Positions 1 through 10,218 of a stretch of 64,000 nt of DNA are shown here, piece by piece. Made by a program: the position numbers and the translations under genes. Position 1 is the first letter of the stretch; the number at the start of each line of letters is the position of its first letter. Origin of the DNA: Hyphomicrobiales bacterium (GTDB taxonomy: Bacteria; Pseudomonadota; Alphaproteobacteria; Rhizobiales; Rhizobiaceae). The stretch covers positions 29,087 to 93,086 of the forward strand of contig PAPH01000005.1 in NCBI GenBank assembly GCA_002709005.1, read 5' to 3'. The notes below the pieces were generated by a model. The model saw nothing but the letters and a program-made list of their open reading frames with translations. It searched no databases and was not told the DNA's origin.

Positions 1-3000
1 CGAAAGAGACCGGCGGTCGGGACCAGACTCTCGACGCCCTCAACCGGACCATCGAGGGGCTCGAGGCGAGGATCGAGGGACTGGTCGGCCGAACGGGCGA
101 CGCTGGCGGCTACGCCCGTCGGGCGGAACGGGGCGCCGGCTACGGCGATCCCTTGGCCGAAATCCGCGCACGTCAGAATCAGCTCTCGGCAGGTCCTTCC
201 CACCGTGCCGGCGAGGGCATTGAGCCCCGTCGCGCCCGACAGCAATCCGATTTCCGCGCCACCCAAGCTCCCGAACCGGCGCAGCACGACGGTCTGCGCC
301 ACCTCGCCGAGGCGATCGCCGAGATGCGGCGTGATCTCAAGTCCGAAATTCAGGAGAGCCTGACCCGCGAGCTCGGCGCCATCCGCCACGAGGTTCGCGA
401 CCTGACGACGCATTCGCGCGATGTCGGGCTTCCCGACGATCTCAACCGTGAACTCGCCGGCCTCTCCGACCGTATTGAACGTCTCGGCGACAGCGGTGGC
501 CATGTCGACAGCCTGCGCCTCGAACTCGATTCCATGCGTTCGATGATCGAGGGTCTCGCCCGCGAGGAAAGCGTGCGCTCGCTCGAAAGCCGCTGGCATT
601 CGCTCGAGGACCAGGTCTCGGCCATCGACATGGGCGGTGTGCGCGACGATCTCGTCAAGCTCGCCTACCGGATCGACGACGTTCGCGAGGCCCTGTCCTC
701 CATCCCCGCTTCCGCCGTTTCCGGAGAACTCGAAAGCCGCATCGTCGACATTTCCGGTGCGATCGAGGAACTGGCCGGACGCACCGAGATTCCCGCCGAC
801 CAGATGCGGCAGTATTTCAATGCACTGGGCGGTCGGCTCGACGGCATCACCCGGTCGGTGGCAGCCCTCCAGGAACAACAGAAGAACCTCGCCTTCGATC
901 CGGAAAGCTTCAATCTGCTCGATGAGCGGATCAGCGCCATCACCAAGAAGCTCGGCAGCATCGAGGCGAACAATCTCGCCTCCGACATGAGCGGGCGTCT
1001 GGATCAGGTGGCAAGCCGCCTCGACCGTCTCGCCGACGAAGACGCCGTAGGTAAGCTCGACAAGCGTCTGGCCCATCTCCAGTCGATGCTTGAGAACGGC
1101 TCGGGCGCGGGAGGCAGCGCCGATCATCCCATGTTCCCCGCGCTCTCCGAGAACATCGCGGCCCTGTCCGGCAAGCTCGACCGCGTCGGTACGCATGATG
1201 TGAGCGAGCAGCTCGCCTACCGGTTGGACGATCTCGCCGCTCGCATCGATTCTCTTCAGCAATCCGCTCCGAAGCAGTCGGATGGCGTTCCGGACGCCGT
1301 CATCGGCCGGCTCGAGGCTCTGATCGGCCGCGTCGAGGAAAAGGCGTCTCGTCCCGTCGACCCGCTTCCCGGCTTCGAGACGCTCGAAGCCCGTCTGGCG
1401 GAGATCGCCGCAAGGCTCGATACCCCGCCGGCTGCGGCACCCGCCACCGAAATGCATTTCCCCGCTTTCGACGACCTCGAGGCGCGTCTGAGCGATATTT
1501 CGGCGAAGCTCGACCGCGCCGGCACGACGACCGGATTCGACGGCGACGAGGCACTGCGCAATCTCGAGGAGCAGATCGCCAACCTGTCGCGCCAGATCGC
1601 ATCAGCACCCGGCGCGGAAGGAATGGAGCGCATCGACAGCCGGCTTGGCGAGATCGAGGAACAGCTCTCCACCACCGACGAATATGTGATCGAGGCAGCA
1701 CGCCAGGCGGCCGAAGCGGCCATCGCCGCCTATGCGGGCCGCGGCGATCTCGCCGGCGGACAGGCCGCCGGCAACATGGAGATCATCACCGCGCTTGCCG
1801 ATGATCTTAAGGCGCTCGAAAGCTTGAGCCGCCAGAGCGAGGAACGCAATCTGCGTGCCTTCCAGGGCGTGCAGGAAACGCTGGTGAAGATCGCCGAGCG
1901 GCTTGAAATGCTGCAGTATCCCGAACGGGCGGCCGGACGCGAGCCGGAGCGTGAGCCCGAGAGCGAGAAGGTGGTGGCACGGGCCGCAGCCGCCTCGACG
2001 CCGCCGCAGATGCCGCGCGCCGAGACCGGCATGTTCGACGATCTCCCCGCCGACGAGCCCGTCTGGGGAGCGTCGGGACGGCATGATGCGGAGACTGGAG
2101 AGGCCCACGTCACCGACCCCGACCGCTCGCCCGCCGAAGCCGCCGCAATGGCCGCGGCCTTTGCAGCGGAAGGACAGGCCGAGGATGAGGACGGCACGCA
2201 GGGCGGAAAGTCCTTCTTCTCCGGTCTCGCCTCGCGGATGCGCTCGCGCAAGGGCGACGACGCGGACATGGCCGAACCCCGGTTTACCGAGGAACAGACG
2301 CCCCCGCTCGAACCGTCACTGGAGCTCGAGGAGGCGGTCGCCAACACCCCGCTCGAACCGGGTTCGGGCGCGCCCGACATCAACCGTATCCTGCAGAAGG
2401 TGCGCGAAACCCAGGCGCGCGGCAGGGATGCCGGTGAAGTCGAGGGCGACAAGTCGCAGTTCCTTGCCTCGGCGCGGCGCGCCGCAATGGCGGCTGCGGC
2501 GGAAGCGGAAACCCTTTCGAAGTCCGGCAAGTCCGGCAAGTCCAGCAAGTCCGGCGACGGCTCCTCCAGACGTCGCCCGATCCTGATGGCCGTAGGCGCG
2601 GTTCTGCTCGTGGTCATGAGCCTGCCGCTGCTCTCCGATCTCTTCAGCTCCAACGAGGCGCCGCCCGTGGCGGAGGCACCGGCGATCACCGAAACCGATC
2701 CGGTCACATCGCAGAGCGCCCAGAATGAAACCGGACTTCCGCTTGCGGAAGACGAAACGCAGGAAACGGCCGAGGCCGCCAATGGGCTGCCGCAGGTCCG
2801 GGTCGTCGACGGTCGGGATGTGTCGATGGCCGATGCGGGCGCCGAGGCAGATGTTACTGATGCCGATACCGGTGTCGAAGTGGCCGCCGAAGACGACGCG
2901 GTTGGTCAAACGGTGACCGCGTCCGCAGAGGAGCCTGCCGAGACGACGGCAGCCGAAAGCGACCCGGCATCCGATATGGACCCGATGCGCGAGGTCGAGC

Positions 3001-3872
3001 AGGCGCTGATGGCAGATCTCGATGCTCTGCCCGAAGGGATGATCTCGCCGGAATTGAGAAAGGCCGCCGAGGAAATCAATCCCGTCGCCTTCTACGAGAT
3101 CGGTTCGCGTTTCACCGAAGGTCGCGGCACGCCCGTCGATCTTGCGAAGGCCGCGACCTGGTATCAGCGCGCGGCAGACCTCGGTCATGCGCCCTCGCAG
3201 TACCGTCTGGCCAATTTCTACGAGAAGGGCAGCGGCGTGCCGCGCAACCTCGAAACCGCCAAGAAGTGGTATCAGCTCGCCGCCGAGCAGGGTAACGCCA
3301 GCGCCATGCACAACCTCGCGGTGCTCTACGCCACCGCAGGCGCGGCTCCGGATTTCGATTCGGCCGCCCGCTGGTTCGAGAAGGCCGCCGAACTCGGCGT
3401 GCGTGACAGCCAGGTCAATCTCGCTATCCTCTATGCCCGCGGTGACGGGGTGACGCGCAATCTCGAGGAATCCTACAAGTGGTTCGCCATCGCGGCCAAC
3501 GAAGGCGACAAGGACGCTGCCTCCAAGCGCGACGAGGTGTTCAACGCCCTGCGCCCCGAGCAGACCGAAAAGGCCCGCGAACTCGTGGCCGCCTGGAAGG
3601 TCGCTCCGCTCGACGAAGCCGCCAACGCGGTCGACGTTCCGGCCTCCTGGGGTGGTGCTGAAACCGCGACTGCTTCGGTCGACATGTCCAAGGCCGTGCG
3701 CAACATTCAGGCGATCCTCAACAACAATGGCTACGATGCCGGCCAGCCGGATGGAATCATGGGCGGCAAGACGATCGCCGCCATCAAGGAGTTCCAGAAG
3801 TCCGAGGGCATGGAGCCCAGTGGCGAAATCACCGACCAACTGGTCCGCAAGCTTCTCGAGCGCAACAACTAG
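1..3872 (+). CDS. podJ: Polar organelle development protein PodJ (coiled-coil, TM, Sel1 repeats, C-terminal peptidoglycan-binding domain); 5' end outside the window
   Basis: The frame is open from position 3 (TLDALNRTIEGLEARIEGL). It shows a long coiled coil, a TM segment (ILMAVGAVLLVVMSL), Sel1 repeats (AATWYQRAADLGH, AKKWYQLAAEQGN) and a PG-binding motif (GYDAGQPDGIMGGKTIAAIKEFQ). Confidence 0.88.
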   Translation, partial: KETGGRDQTLDALNRTIEGLEARIEGLVGRTGDAGGYARRAERGAGYGDPLAEIRARQNQLSAGPSHRAGEGIEPRRARQQSDFRATQAPEPAQHDGLRHLAEAIAEMRRDLKSEIQESLTRELGAIRHEVRDLTTHSRDVGLPDDLNRELAGLSDRIERLGDSGGHVDSLRLELDSMRSMIEGLAREESVRSLESRWHSLEDQVSAIDMGGVRDDLVKLAYRIDDVREALSSIPASAVSGELESRIVDISGAIEELAGRTEIPADQMRQYFNALGGRLDGITRSVAALQEQQKNLAFDPESFNLLDERISAITKKLGSIEANNLASDMSGRLDQVASRLDRLADEDAVGKLDKRLAHLQSMLENGSGAGGSADHPMFPALSENIAALSGKLDRVGTHDVSEQLAYRLDDLAARIDSLQQSAPKQSDGVPDAVIGRLEALIGRVEEKASRPVDPLPGFETLEARLAEIAARLDTPPAAAPATEMHFPAFDDLEARLSDISAKLDRAGTTTGFDGDEALRNLEEQIANLSRQIASAPGAEGMERIDSRLGEIEEQLSTTDEYVIEAARQAAEAAIAAYAGRGDLAGGQAAGNMEIITALADDLKALESLSRQSEERNLRAFQGVQETLVKIAERLEMLQYPERAAGREPEREPESEKVVARAAAASTPPQMPRAETGMFDDLPADEPVWGASGRHDAETGEAHVTDPDRSPAEAAAMAAAFAAEGQAEDEDGTQGGKSFFSGLASRMRSRKGDDADMAEPRFTEEQTPPLEPSLELEEAVANTPLEPGSGAPDINRILQKVRETQARGRDAGEVEGDKSQFLASARRAAMAAAAEAETLSKSGKSGKSSKSGDGSSRRRPILMAVGAVLLVVMSLPLLSDLFSSNEAPPVAEAPAITETDPVTSQSAQNETGLPLAEDETQETAEAANGLPQVRVVDGRDVSMADAGAEADVTDADTGVEVAAEDDAVGQTVTASAEEPAETTAAESDPASDMDPMREVEQALMADLDALPEGMISPELRKAAEEINPVAFYEIGSRFTEGRGTPVDLAKAATWYQRAADLGHAPSQYRLANFYEKGSGVPRNLETAKKWYQLAAEQGNASAMHNLAVLYATAGAAPDFDSAARWFEKAAELGVRDSQVNLAILYARGDGVTRNLEESYKWFAIAANEGDKDAASKRDEVFNALRPEQTEKARELVAAWKVAPLDEAANAVDVPASWGGAETATASVDMSKAVRNIQAILNNNGYDAGQPDGIMGGKTIAAIKEFQKSEGMEPSGEITDQLVRKLLERNN
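2520..2555 (+). repeat. 9-bp tandem repeat x4 (AAGTCCGGC) within podJ, encoding KSG-KSG-KSS-KSG
   Basis: Read directly: aagtccggc aagtccggc aagtccagc aagtccggc. Confidence 0.85.
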
Positions 3873-4049
3873 GGTCCTGATCCTGCGGTCGGGAAACCAT
3901 TTCCCGCCAGGGGTGTTTCACCCCTTGTATTCAGGGGCGCGCTTTGATTTGACTCGGGTCGCTGAAATGCGCAAAACCGCTTCTGGCGGCCCACCGTTCC
4001 GACCCGCGGTTACGGAGCCGGGTTCCAGCCGTTTTTTCGTGAGCCCGAT

Positions 4050-4973
4050 GTGACCATTTATCTTCCGATTGCCGAGCTGTCGGTCAATATCTTCATCATA
4101 CTGGGGATGGGTGCGGCCGTCGGTTTCCTGTCGGGGATGTTCGGCGTCGGCGGCGGCTTTCTGATCACGCCGCTTCTCATTTTCTACAATATTCCGCCGG
4201 CCGTGGCGGTGGCGACCGGCGCCAACCAGGTGGTGGCGTCCTCGGTATCGGGTGCGCTTGCCCATTTCCGGCGCGGAACGCTCGACATCAAACTCGGCAT
4301 GATGCTGCTGATTGGCGGTCTGACGGGGGCGACGGCCGGGGTCCAGGTCTTCCTGATGCTCAGGCGCATGGGGCAGCTCGATCTCATCATTTCGCTTCTC
4401 TACGTTGTCTTTCTTGGCACGGTCGGCGCGCTCATGCTGTGGGAGAGCGTCAACTCTATCCGCCGCGCGGCGCGCAATGAGCCCGTCCGCCCCCGGCGTC
4501 CAGGGCAGCACAACTGGATCCACAAACTGCCGCTGAAGATGCGCTTCAAGCGCTCGAAGCTCTATCTGAGCGTCATTCCCGTTCTGGTTCTCGGCTTTTG
4601 CATCGGAGTGCTGACGTCGGTGATGGGCGTGGGCGGCGGCTTCATCATGGTTCCGGCGATGATCTACCTCTTGAGGGTTCCGACCAACGTCGTCATCGGC
4701 ACGTCGCTGTTCCAGATCATCTTCGTGACGGCCTTCACCACCATCGTGCAGGCAACGACCAACTATGCGGTCGATATCGTGCTGGCGGGACTTCTGATGA
4801 TCGCCGGCGTCATCGGCGCGCAATATGGCGTGCGGGTCGGTCAGCGCATGCGTGGCGAGCAGTTGCGCGCAGGTCTCGCGCTTCTGGTTCTGGCCGTGGG
4901 CATTCGTCTGGGGCTCAATCTGGTGCTGCCGCCGGACGAGATCTACTCGATCGTCACCGGGAGCTTCGGATGA
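4050..4973 (+). CDS. Sulfite exporter TauE/SafE family membrane protein
   Basis: Duplicated GxGGG motif (GMFGVGGGFLITP / VMGVGGGFIMVP); hydrophobic throughout; GTG start. Confidence 0.88.
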   Translation: MTIYLPIAELSVNIFIILGMGAAVGFLSGMFGVGGGFLITPLLIFYNIPPAVAVATGANQVVASSVSGALAHFRRGTLDIKLGMMLLIGGLTGATAGVQVFLMLRRMGQLDLIISLLYVVFLGTVGALMLWESVNSIRRAARNEPVRPRRPGQHNWIHKLPLKMRFKRSKLYLSVIPVLVLGFCIGVLTSVMGVGGGFIMVPAMIYLLRVPTNVVIGTSLFQIIFVTAFTTIVQATTNYAVDIVLAGLLMIAGVIGAQYGVRVGQRMRGEQLRAGLALLVLAVGIRLGLNLVLPPDEIYSIVTGSFG

Positions 4974-5800
4974 CCGGCCGGCTTTCCGCATTGCTGGCGA
5001 TCTGCCTGCTCGCCCCGCTTCTTGTTCTGGGTCCGACAGGGGAGGCGCGCGCCCAGTCGGACGCTTCGGAAGAAGGCAGCGGCTGGACCTTTCCCGAGCA
5101 ACTCGACATCGGCATATCGACCAACGAGATCGCCATCTCGCCGAATTTTTCCGGCGCCGACATCACCGTCTTCGGAGCGATCGCCCAGGCCGACGAATTC
5201 CTGCTTGCCATCGGCTCCTACGATATCATCGTCGCCCTCGAAGGTCCGCGCCGTCCGGCCACGGTCCGCCGTAAGGAGCGGGTGGCCGGCATCTGGGTCA
5301 ACCGCCACTCGGTGCGTTTCGAGCCCATTCCGGCCTCCTATTCGATTTCGTCGACCCGGCCGCTCGATTCGATTGCCAAGCAGATCGTGCTTTCGGCGCA
5401 TGATGTCGGCATCCAGAACATCCGCCTCGTTCCGACCGGCCAGATCGGAGATGGCAGCATGATCGGGAGTTTCCGCGAGGCGATGCTGCGGATCATGCAG
5501 CAGAGCGGGCTCTATCAGCGCGATCCCTCCGGTGTGCAGTTTATTTCCCAGAGCCTGTTTCGCGCATCCGTCCGGCTGCCGGCCAACATCCCGGTGGGGG
5601 GCCATACCGTGCGCGCCGAACTCTATCGAAACGGCCAGTACGTGACGCAGAAGACAATCCAGCTCCGGGTCGTCAAGACGGGCCTCGAGCAGTTCACCTA
5701 CAACCTGGCGCACCAGTATTCCCTGATTTACGGGATCATCGCGGTGGCATTCGCGCTGTTCACCGGCTGGCTGTCGAGCGTGATCTTCCGCAAGGACTGA
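4970..5800 (+). CDS. TIGR02186-like transmembrane protein (usual partner of the TauE gene)
   Basis: ATGA overlap with the upstream stop; signal peptide; VRRKERVAGIWVN and LFRASVRLPANIPVG motifs; C-terminal TM. Confidence 0.8.
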   Translation: MTGRLSALLAICLLAPLLVLGPTGEARAQSDASEEGSGWTFPEQLDIGISTNEIAISPNFSGADITVFGAIAQADEFLLAIGSYDIIVALEGPRRPATVRRKERVAGIWVNRHSVRFEPIPASYSISSTRPLDSIAKQIVLSAHDVGIQNIRLVPTGQIGDGSMIGSFREAMLRIMQQSGLYQRDPSGVQFISQSLFRASVRLPANIPVGGHTVRAELYRNGQYVTQKTIQLRVVKTGLEQFTYNLAHQYSLIYGIIAVAFALFTGWLSSVIFRKD

Positions 5801-5802
5801 GC

Positions 5803-6519
5803 CTAGGCCTGAAGCCGCGAATAGGGGATCGAGTAGATCCGTTCATCGCCGATCAGATGCGCCGCGAGCCGGGCGGTGTCGAACAGCGGCCTGATGGCCG
5901 GATGATCGAGCAGCAGTCCGCCGGTTGTTGAGCCGAAGGCCGGCATCAGCAGACGGTTTCCGTCGGTGGCGAAACAGGCGCGGCGCACCCCCTTGCCGCG
6001 GCGGACGACACGGGCGACCGGGTGATAGTGCCCCGCGACTTCCCCTGGCGTCGGATTGCGCGAGGGTTCGTGCCGGAAGACCAGTGTCTCGGTATGGAAT
6101 TCGGAATAATACGCGCCAGCCACCCCGACGGGCGCTTCCGGATCATGATTGCCCTCGATCCAGATCCAGTCGCGACCCTGCTGCATCGCGGTCAGCGCGT
6201 CGCGGTAGGGCGCCGGCATGTGTGCCGAGCCCTTCCGGTCGTGAAAACTGTCGCCAAGGCTCAAAATGGTTTTCGGACGATAGCGGGCAATGGCAAGCTG
6301 CAGCCGGGCGAGCGTTGCCGCCGTATCGTAGGGCGGAAGCAGCAGGCCGCGGCGGGCAAAGGCCGCGCCCTTTTCCAGATGCAGGTCGGATACGGCCATA
6401 AGCCCGGAATCCGGCAGATAGAGCACGCCCTCGCAGGCGCAGACGGCGGCCGTCCCGTTGAGCGAGATCTCCGCTTCGCGCATGTCGTCCCCTGTCGGCT
6501 GCCGCAAGGCTTCGCTCAT
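5803..6519 (-). CDS. pdeM: Ligase-associated DNA damage response endonuclease PdeM (metallophosphoesterase)
   Basis: DLHLEKG, GDSFHD, GNHD and GHYHP motifs; coupled to the helicase gene. Confidence 0.88.
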   Translation of the reverse strand: MSEALRQPTGDDMREAEISLNGTAAVCACEGVLYLPDSGLMAVSDLHLEKGAAFARRGLLLPPYDTAATLARLQLAIARYRPKTILSLGDSFHDRKGSAHMPAPYRDALTAMQQGRDWIWIEGNHDPEAPVGVAGAYYSEFHTETLVFRHEPSRNPTPGEVAGHYHPVARVVRRGKGVRRACFATDGNRLLMPAFGSTTGGLLLDHPAIRPLFDTARLAAHLIGDERIYSIPYSRLQA

Positions 6520-9053
6520 GTGGAGTGTCCGTCCAGTCCCATCCTCGCCGTTGCCAGCAATTCGTCGGCGGCTTCGGCGAGTATCACGTCCTGGGCCTCG
6601 CCGGGCACCGGTTCGCGCCCGATCTCCAGCATCACCGGAATGGCGAGCGGCGAGACGCGGGTCAGCGGGCGGTGCACGAGATGGCCCTTGATTCGCTTCA
6701 GCATATCGCCGAGGCGGCGGATATCCAAAAGCCCCGTTGCCGCATCCTGCCGGGTGGCCTGAAGCAGCACGTGGTCCGGCTCGTGGCTCCTGAGCACGTC
6801 ATAGATCAGGTCGGCGGAGACGGTCACCTGGCGGCCCGATTTCTCCTTGCCTGGATGCCGCCGCTCGATCAGCCCGGCGATGACGGCGCAATTGCGGAAC
6901 GTGCGCTTGAGCATCCAGGAATCGTCGAGCCAGGCGTCGAGATCATCGCCGAGCATATCCTCGTCGAAGAGGTCGACCAGATCGAGCCTGCCCGAACTGA
7001 TCATCGCGCCGATATCCTCGAGCGACCAGATGGCGAGCGAATATTCCGTCGCCACGAAGCCGAGCGGCCGTGCGCGCGCACGCTCGAGCCGGCGGGTGAG
7101 CAACATGCCGAGCGTCTGGTGCGCGAGCCGCCCCTCGAAGGGATAGGCGACCATGTAGTGACGCTGTCCTTCGGGAAAGGTCTCGATCAGCAACTCGTCG
7201 CGGCGCGGCAGCATGGAGGCCGCCTTCTGCAGCTCCAGCCATTCGCTCACCTGGCCCGGCAGCGCCTTCCAGCTGTCGGGATCTGCGAGCATGCGGCGCA
7301 CGCGTTCGGCGAGATAGGTCGAGAGTGGAAACTTGCCGCCGGCATAGGCCGGCACTTTCGGGTCCTCGGTCCAGGCCTTGGAGACGAGGCATTCACTCTC
7401 GCGGATGCCCTCGAAGCGCAGCACCTTGCCGGCGAACACGAAGGTGTCGCCCTGGGTGAGCTGTTCGAGGAAATCCTCCTCGACCTGTCCCAGCACCGGC
7501 CCGCCGCGCCCGACACTGCCGTTCTTGCGGCTTGTCATGCGCACGTTGAGCATCGGGCTTTCGATGATGGTGCCGATATTGAGGCGGTATTGCTGGGCGA
7601 CCTGCGGATTTGCAACCCGCCACAGCCCGTCCGGCCGCTGCCGGATGCGGGCATACCGCTCGTAGCTCTGAAGCGCGTAGCCACCGGTGGCGACGAATTC
7701 GACGATGCGGTCGAAGGTGCGGCGGTCGAGCGTCGAATAGGGCAGGGCTGTCCTGACCTCGGCGTAGAGTTGACCGGCGTCGAAAGGCGCGCCGCAGGCA
7801 ACGCCAAGCACGTGCTGCGAGAGAACGTCGAGCGCGCCCTCTCCGCCCGGCGGGGTGTCCTGCGCGCCCTCGTCGCTTGCCTCTATGGCCGCCTCGCATT
7901 CGAGTACCTCGAAACGGTTCGACGGGACCAGGATCGCCCGGCTCGGTTCGTCCATCCGGTGGTTGGCGCGGCCGATGCGCTGGGCGAGCCGGCTCGCCCC
8001 TTTGGGCGCCCCGACATGAATGACGAGATCGATGTCTCCCCAGTCGATGCCGAGATCGAGCGTCGAGGTCGCGACGACGGCGCGGAGCGCGTTGCGGGCC
8101 ATGGCCGCTTCCACCTTGCGGCGCTGGCCGGCATCGAGGGAGCCGTGATGAAGCGCAATCGGCAGCGTCTCGTCATTGATGCGCCAGAGTTCCTGGAACA
8201 GGAGTTCCGCCTGGCTGCGGGTATTGACGAACAAAAGCGTGGTGCCGTGCCGCTTGATCTCCTCGTAGATCGCTGGCACCGCGTAGCGCGTCGTGTGCCC
8301 CTGCCAGGGCACCCGCTGTTCGGTTTCCAGAAGCGTGATGATCGGCTTGGCCCCGCCATCGACATCGATCCGTCCGGCCAGGGCCTCGCCGTCCGCCGGC
8401 TGGGCGACGAGCCAGCGTTGCAGTTCCTCGGGATCGGCAACGGTCGCCGACAGACCGATCGTCACCAGATCGGGCGCCAGACGCCGCAGCCGCGACAGCG
8501 CCAGAGACAACAAATGCCCGCGCTTGGACGGGACCAGCGAATGGAGTTCGTCGAAGATGACGAAGCGCAAGCTCCGGAAGAACCGCTCCGCCTCGCCGTT
8601 GGCGATCAGCAGCGAGACCTGCTCGGGCGTGGTCAGCAGGATATCGGGCGGATCGGTGCGCTGGCGTTGCCGTTTGTGCTGCGGCGTATCGCCGGTGCGG
8701 GTTTCGATGCGGATCGGCAGGCCCATTTCCTCGACCGGACGGCCGAGATTGCGCTCGATGTCGACGGCAAGCGCCTTGAGCGGCGAGATGTAGAGCGTGT
8801 GCAGGCCCCGTCGCGCTTCACCCGGTTTCGGCCGGCCGCGTGCGGCCAGTTCGGTAAGCGCCGGCAGGAAACCCGCAAGCGTCTTGCCCGCGCCGGTGGG
8901 CGCGATGAGCAAGGTAGACTGCCGTTTGTGCGACGCGTCGAGCAGGCCGAGCTGATGCGGGCGCGGGCGCCACCCGCGCGCGGCGAACCATCCCGCGAAC
9001 GGCTCGGGCAAAGGGTCGAACGGTGCGGGGAGGCTCGACGGCGCATCGGACAT
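6516..9053 (-). CDS. Ligase-associated DEXH-box helicase (Lhr-like)
   Basis: APTGAGKT Walker A, DELH, SAT, QRIGRANH motifs. Confidence 0.92.
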   Translation of the reverse strand: MSDAPSSLPAPFDPLPEPFAGWFAARGWRPRPHQLGLLDASHKRQSTLLIAPTGAGKTLAGFLPALTELAARGRPKPGEARRGLHTLYISPLKALAVDIERNLGRPVEEMGLPIRIETRTGDTPQHKRQRQRTDPPDILLTTPEQVSLLIANGEAERFFRSLRFVIFDELHSLVPSKRGHLLSLALSRLRRLAPDLVTIGLSATVADPEELQRWLVAQPADGEALAGRIDVDGGAKPIITLLETEQRVPWQGHTTRYAVPAIYEEIKRHGTTLLFVNTRSQAELLFQELWRINDETLPIALHHGSLDAGQRRKVEAAMARNALRAVVATSTLDLGIDWGDIDLVIHVGAPKGASRLAQRIGRANHRMDEPSRAILVPSNRFEVLECEAAIEASDEGAQDTPPGGEGALDVLSQHVLGVACGAPFDAGQLYAEVRTALPYSTLDRRTFDRIVEFVATGGYALQSYERYARIRQRPDGLWRVANPQVAQQYRLNIGTIIESPMLNVRMTSRKNGSVGRGGPVLGQVEEDFLEQLTQGDTFVFAGKVLRFEGIRESECLVSKAWTEDPKVPAYAGGKFPLSTYLAERVRRMLADPDSWKALPGQVSEWLELQKAASMLPRRDELLIETFPEGQRHYMVAYPFEGRLAHQTLGMLLTRRLERARARPLGFVATEYSLAIWSLEDIGAMISSGRLDLVDLFDEDMLGDDLDAWLDDSWMLKRTFRNCAVIAGLIERRHPGKEKSGRQVTVSADLIYDVLRSHEPDHVLLQATRQDAATGLLDIRRLGDMLKRIKGHLVHRPLTRVSPLAIPVMLEIGREPVPGEAQDVILAEAADELLATARMGLDGHST

Positions 9054-9112
9054 GCGGCGAAACTAATCGTTCGCGCTGTGTTCTCCAAGTCTGGAAATCG
9101 CGTTTCGCCGTC

Positions 9113-10108
9113 CTAGCCAACCAACGGGACAGATGAAAGAACGCTGTCCGATCGCTCGATGGCTTCGGCCGGTTGGTCGCCCGCCAGTCTCCGCGCGGTG
9201 ACCAGAAGACCGCCGATCAGGTCGTTGCCGTCGCGGCGGATGGTTTCCCGCTTCACCGCGATCACCTCGAAGCCGGTTTCCGCGAGAAGCTTCCGCACAT
9301 AGGGTTCGCCATGCCGGTAGCGCAGCGAGGTCTGGAGCTGCCATTCGCAATCGTCGGCGCCGGCCTCGAGCGAGAAGGCGAGAAGCCCGCCCGGGGCCGT
9401 CAGGCTTGCCGCCAGTTCGAAGAGCGGCCGCAATTCGCCGAAATAGCCGAACACGTCGGCGGCGGCGACCAGGTCGGCCTTCGCGCGCGGTTCGGCGGAC
9501 GCCGGCAGACCGAAGCGGATATCGGCGCGGTCGAGCGCGTCGTAGAGCCCCTTGGCGCGGGCCTTGGCAAGCATTCCGGCGGAGAGGTCATCCCCTTCGA
9601 GCCACGAGACATGCGGCCGGATACGTTCGCCGAAAAGGCCTGTCCCGCAGCCGAGATCGATGGCGCGGGCGAAGGCGAATTCCGTGCCCGATGCGTCTGC
9701 GACCATGGCAGAAAGCTGCTCGGGCACCGAATAGGCGAGTTTTTCGACAAGCGCGGTATCGAACCGGTCGGAATAGTCATCGAAGAGCTGGGCGACATAT
9801 TCGCTTGGCGGCGCTTCGGGCATGGCGGACTGGCCGGCGAGCGCCAGCTTCAGTCCGGCACCGAAGACATCGGAGGGCGAGAGCGCCAGCACCTGGCGCC
9901 ACGCGTCCGTCGCCCCGGCGATGTCGCCGGAGGCCTCGCGAAAGGCGCCGAGTTCGAACCAGCCGGCGGCCCAGCCGGGCGCGAGTTCGAGCGCCTGCGC
10001 CTGCAGGTCGGCGGCCGCCGCCGGGTTGCCGGATTCGGCGAGCATGCGCGCGTAATCGGCGCGGCGATCGGCGAGCAGGTCGCCGGAGGAGAGCTGTGTC
10101 GGGGACAT
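9113..10108 (-). CDS. TPR-containing class I SAM-dependent methyltransferase
   Basis: N-terminal TPR-like helices; DLGCGTG motif I; start placed at MSPTQLSSG. Confidence 0.8.
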   Translation of the reverse strand: MSPTQLSSGDLLADRRADYARMLAESGNPAAAADLQAQALELAPGWAAGWFELGAFREASGDIAGATDAWRQVLALSPSDVFGAGLKLALAGQSAMPEAPPSEYVAQLFDDYSDRFDTALVEKLAYSVPEQLSAMVADASGTEFAFARAIDLGCGTGLFGERIRPHVSWLEGDDLSAGMLAKARAKGLYDALDRADIRFGLPASAEPRAKADLVAAADVFGYFGELRPLFELAASLTAPGGLLAFSLEAGADDCEWQLQTSLRYRHGEPYVRKLLAETGFEVIAVKRETIRRDGNDLIGGLLVTARRLAGDQPAEAIERSDSVLSSVPLVG

Positions 10109-10218
10109 CTGTTTTTCCGGAGAAAACAAGTTGCCGCCTGATAGCGGGTCGCGGGAAAAACGCAAGTGACTTTTGCGCCCCTCTTTCCGTTAGCCCATGG
10201 CCGCCATAGCTTTCACGC

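Noticed and set aside
6525-9116. Long antisense ORFs (this one, and e.g. 25058-26929, 57381-59492, 2316-3839)
   Set aside because: These are shadow ORFs typical of high-GC coding DNA opposite well-supported genes.
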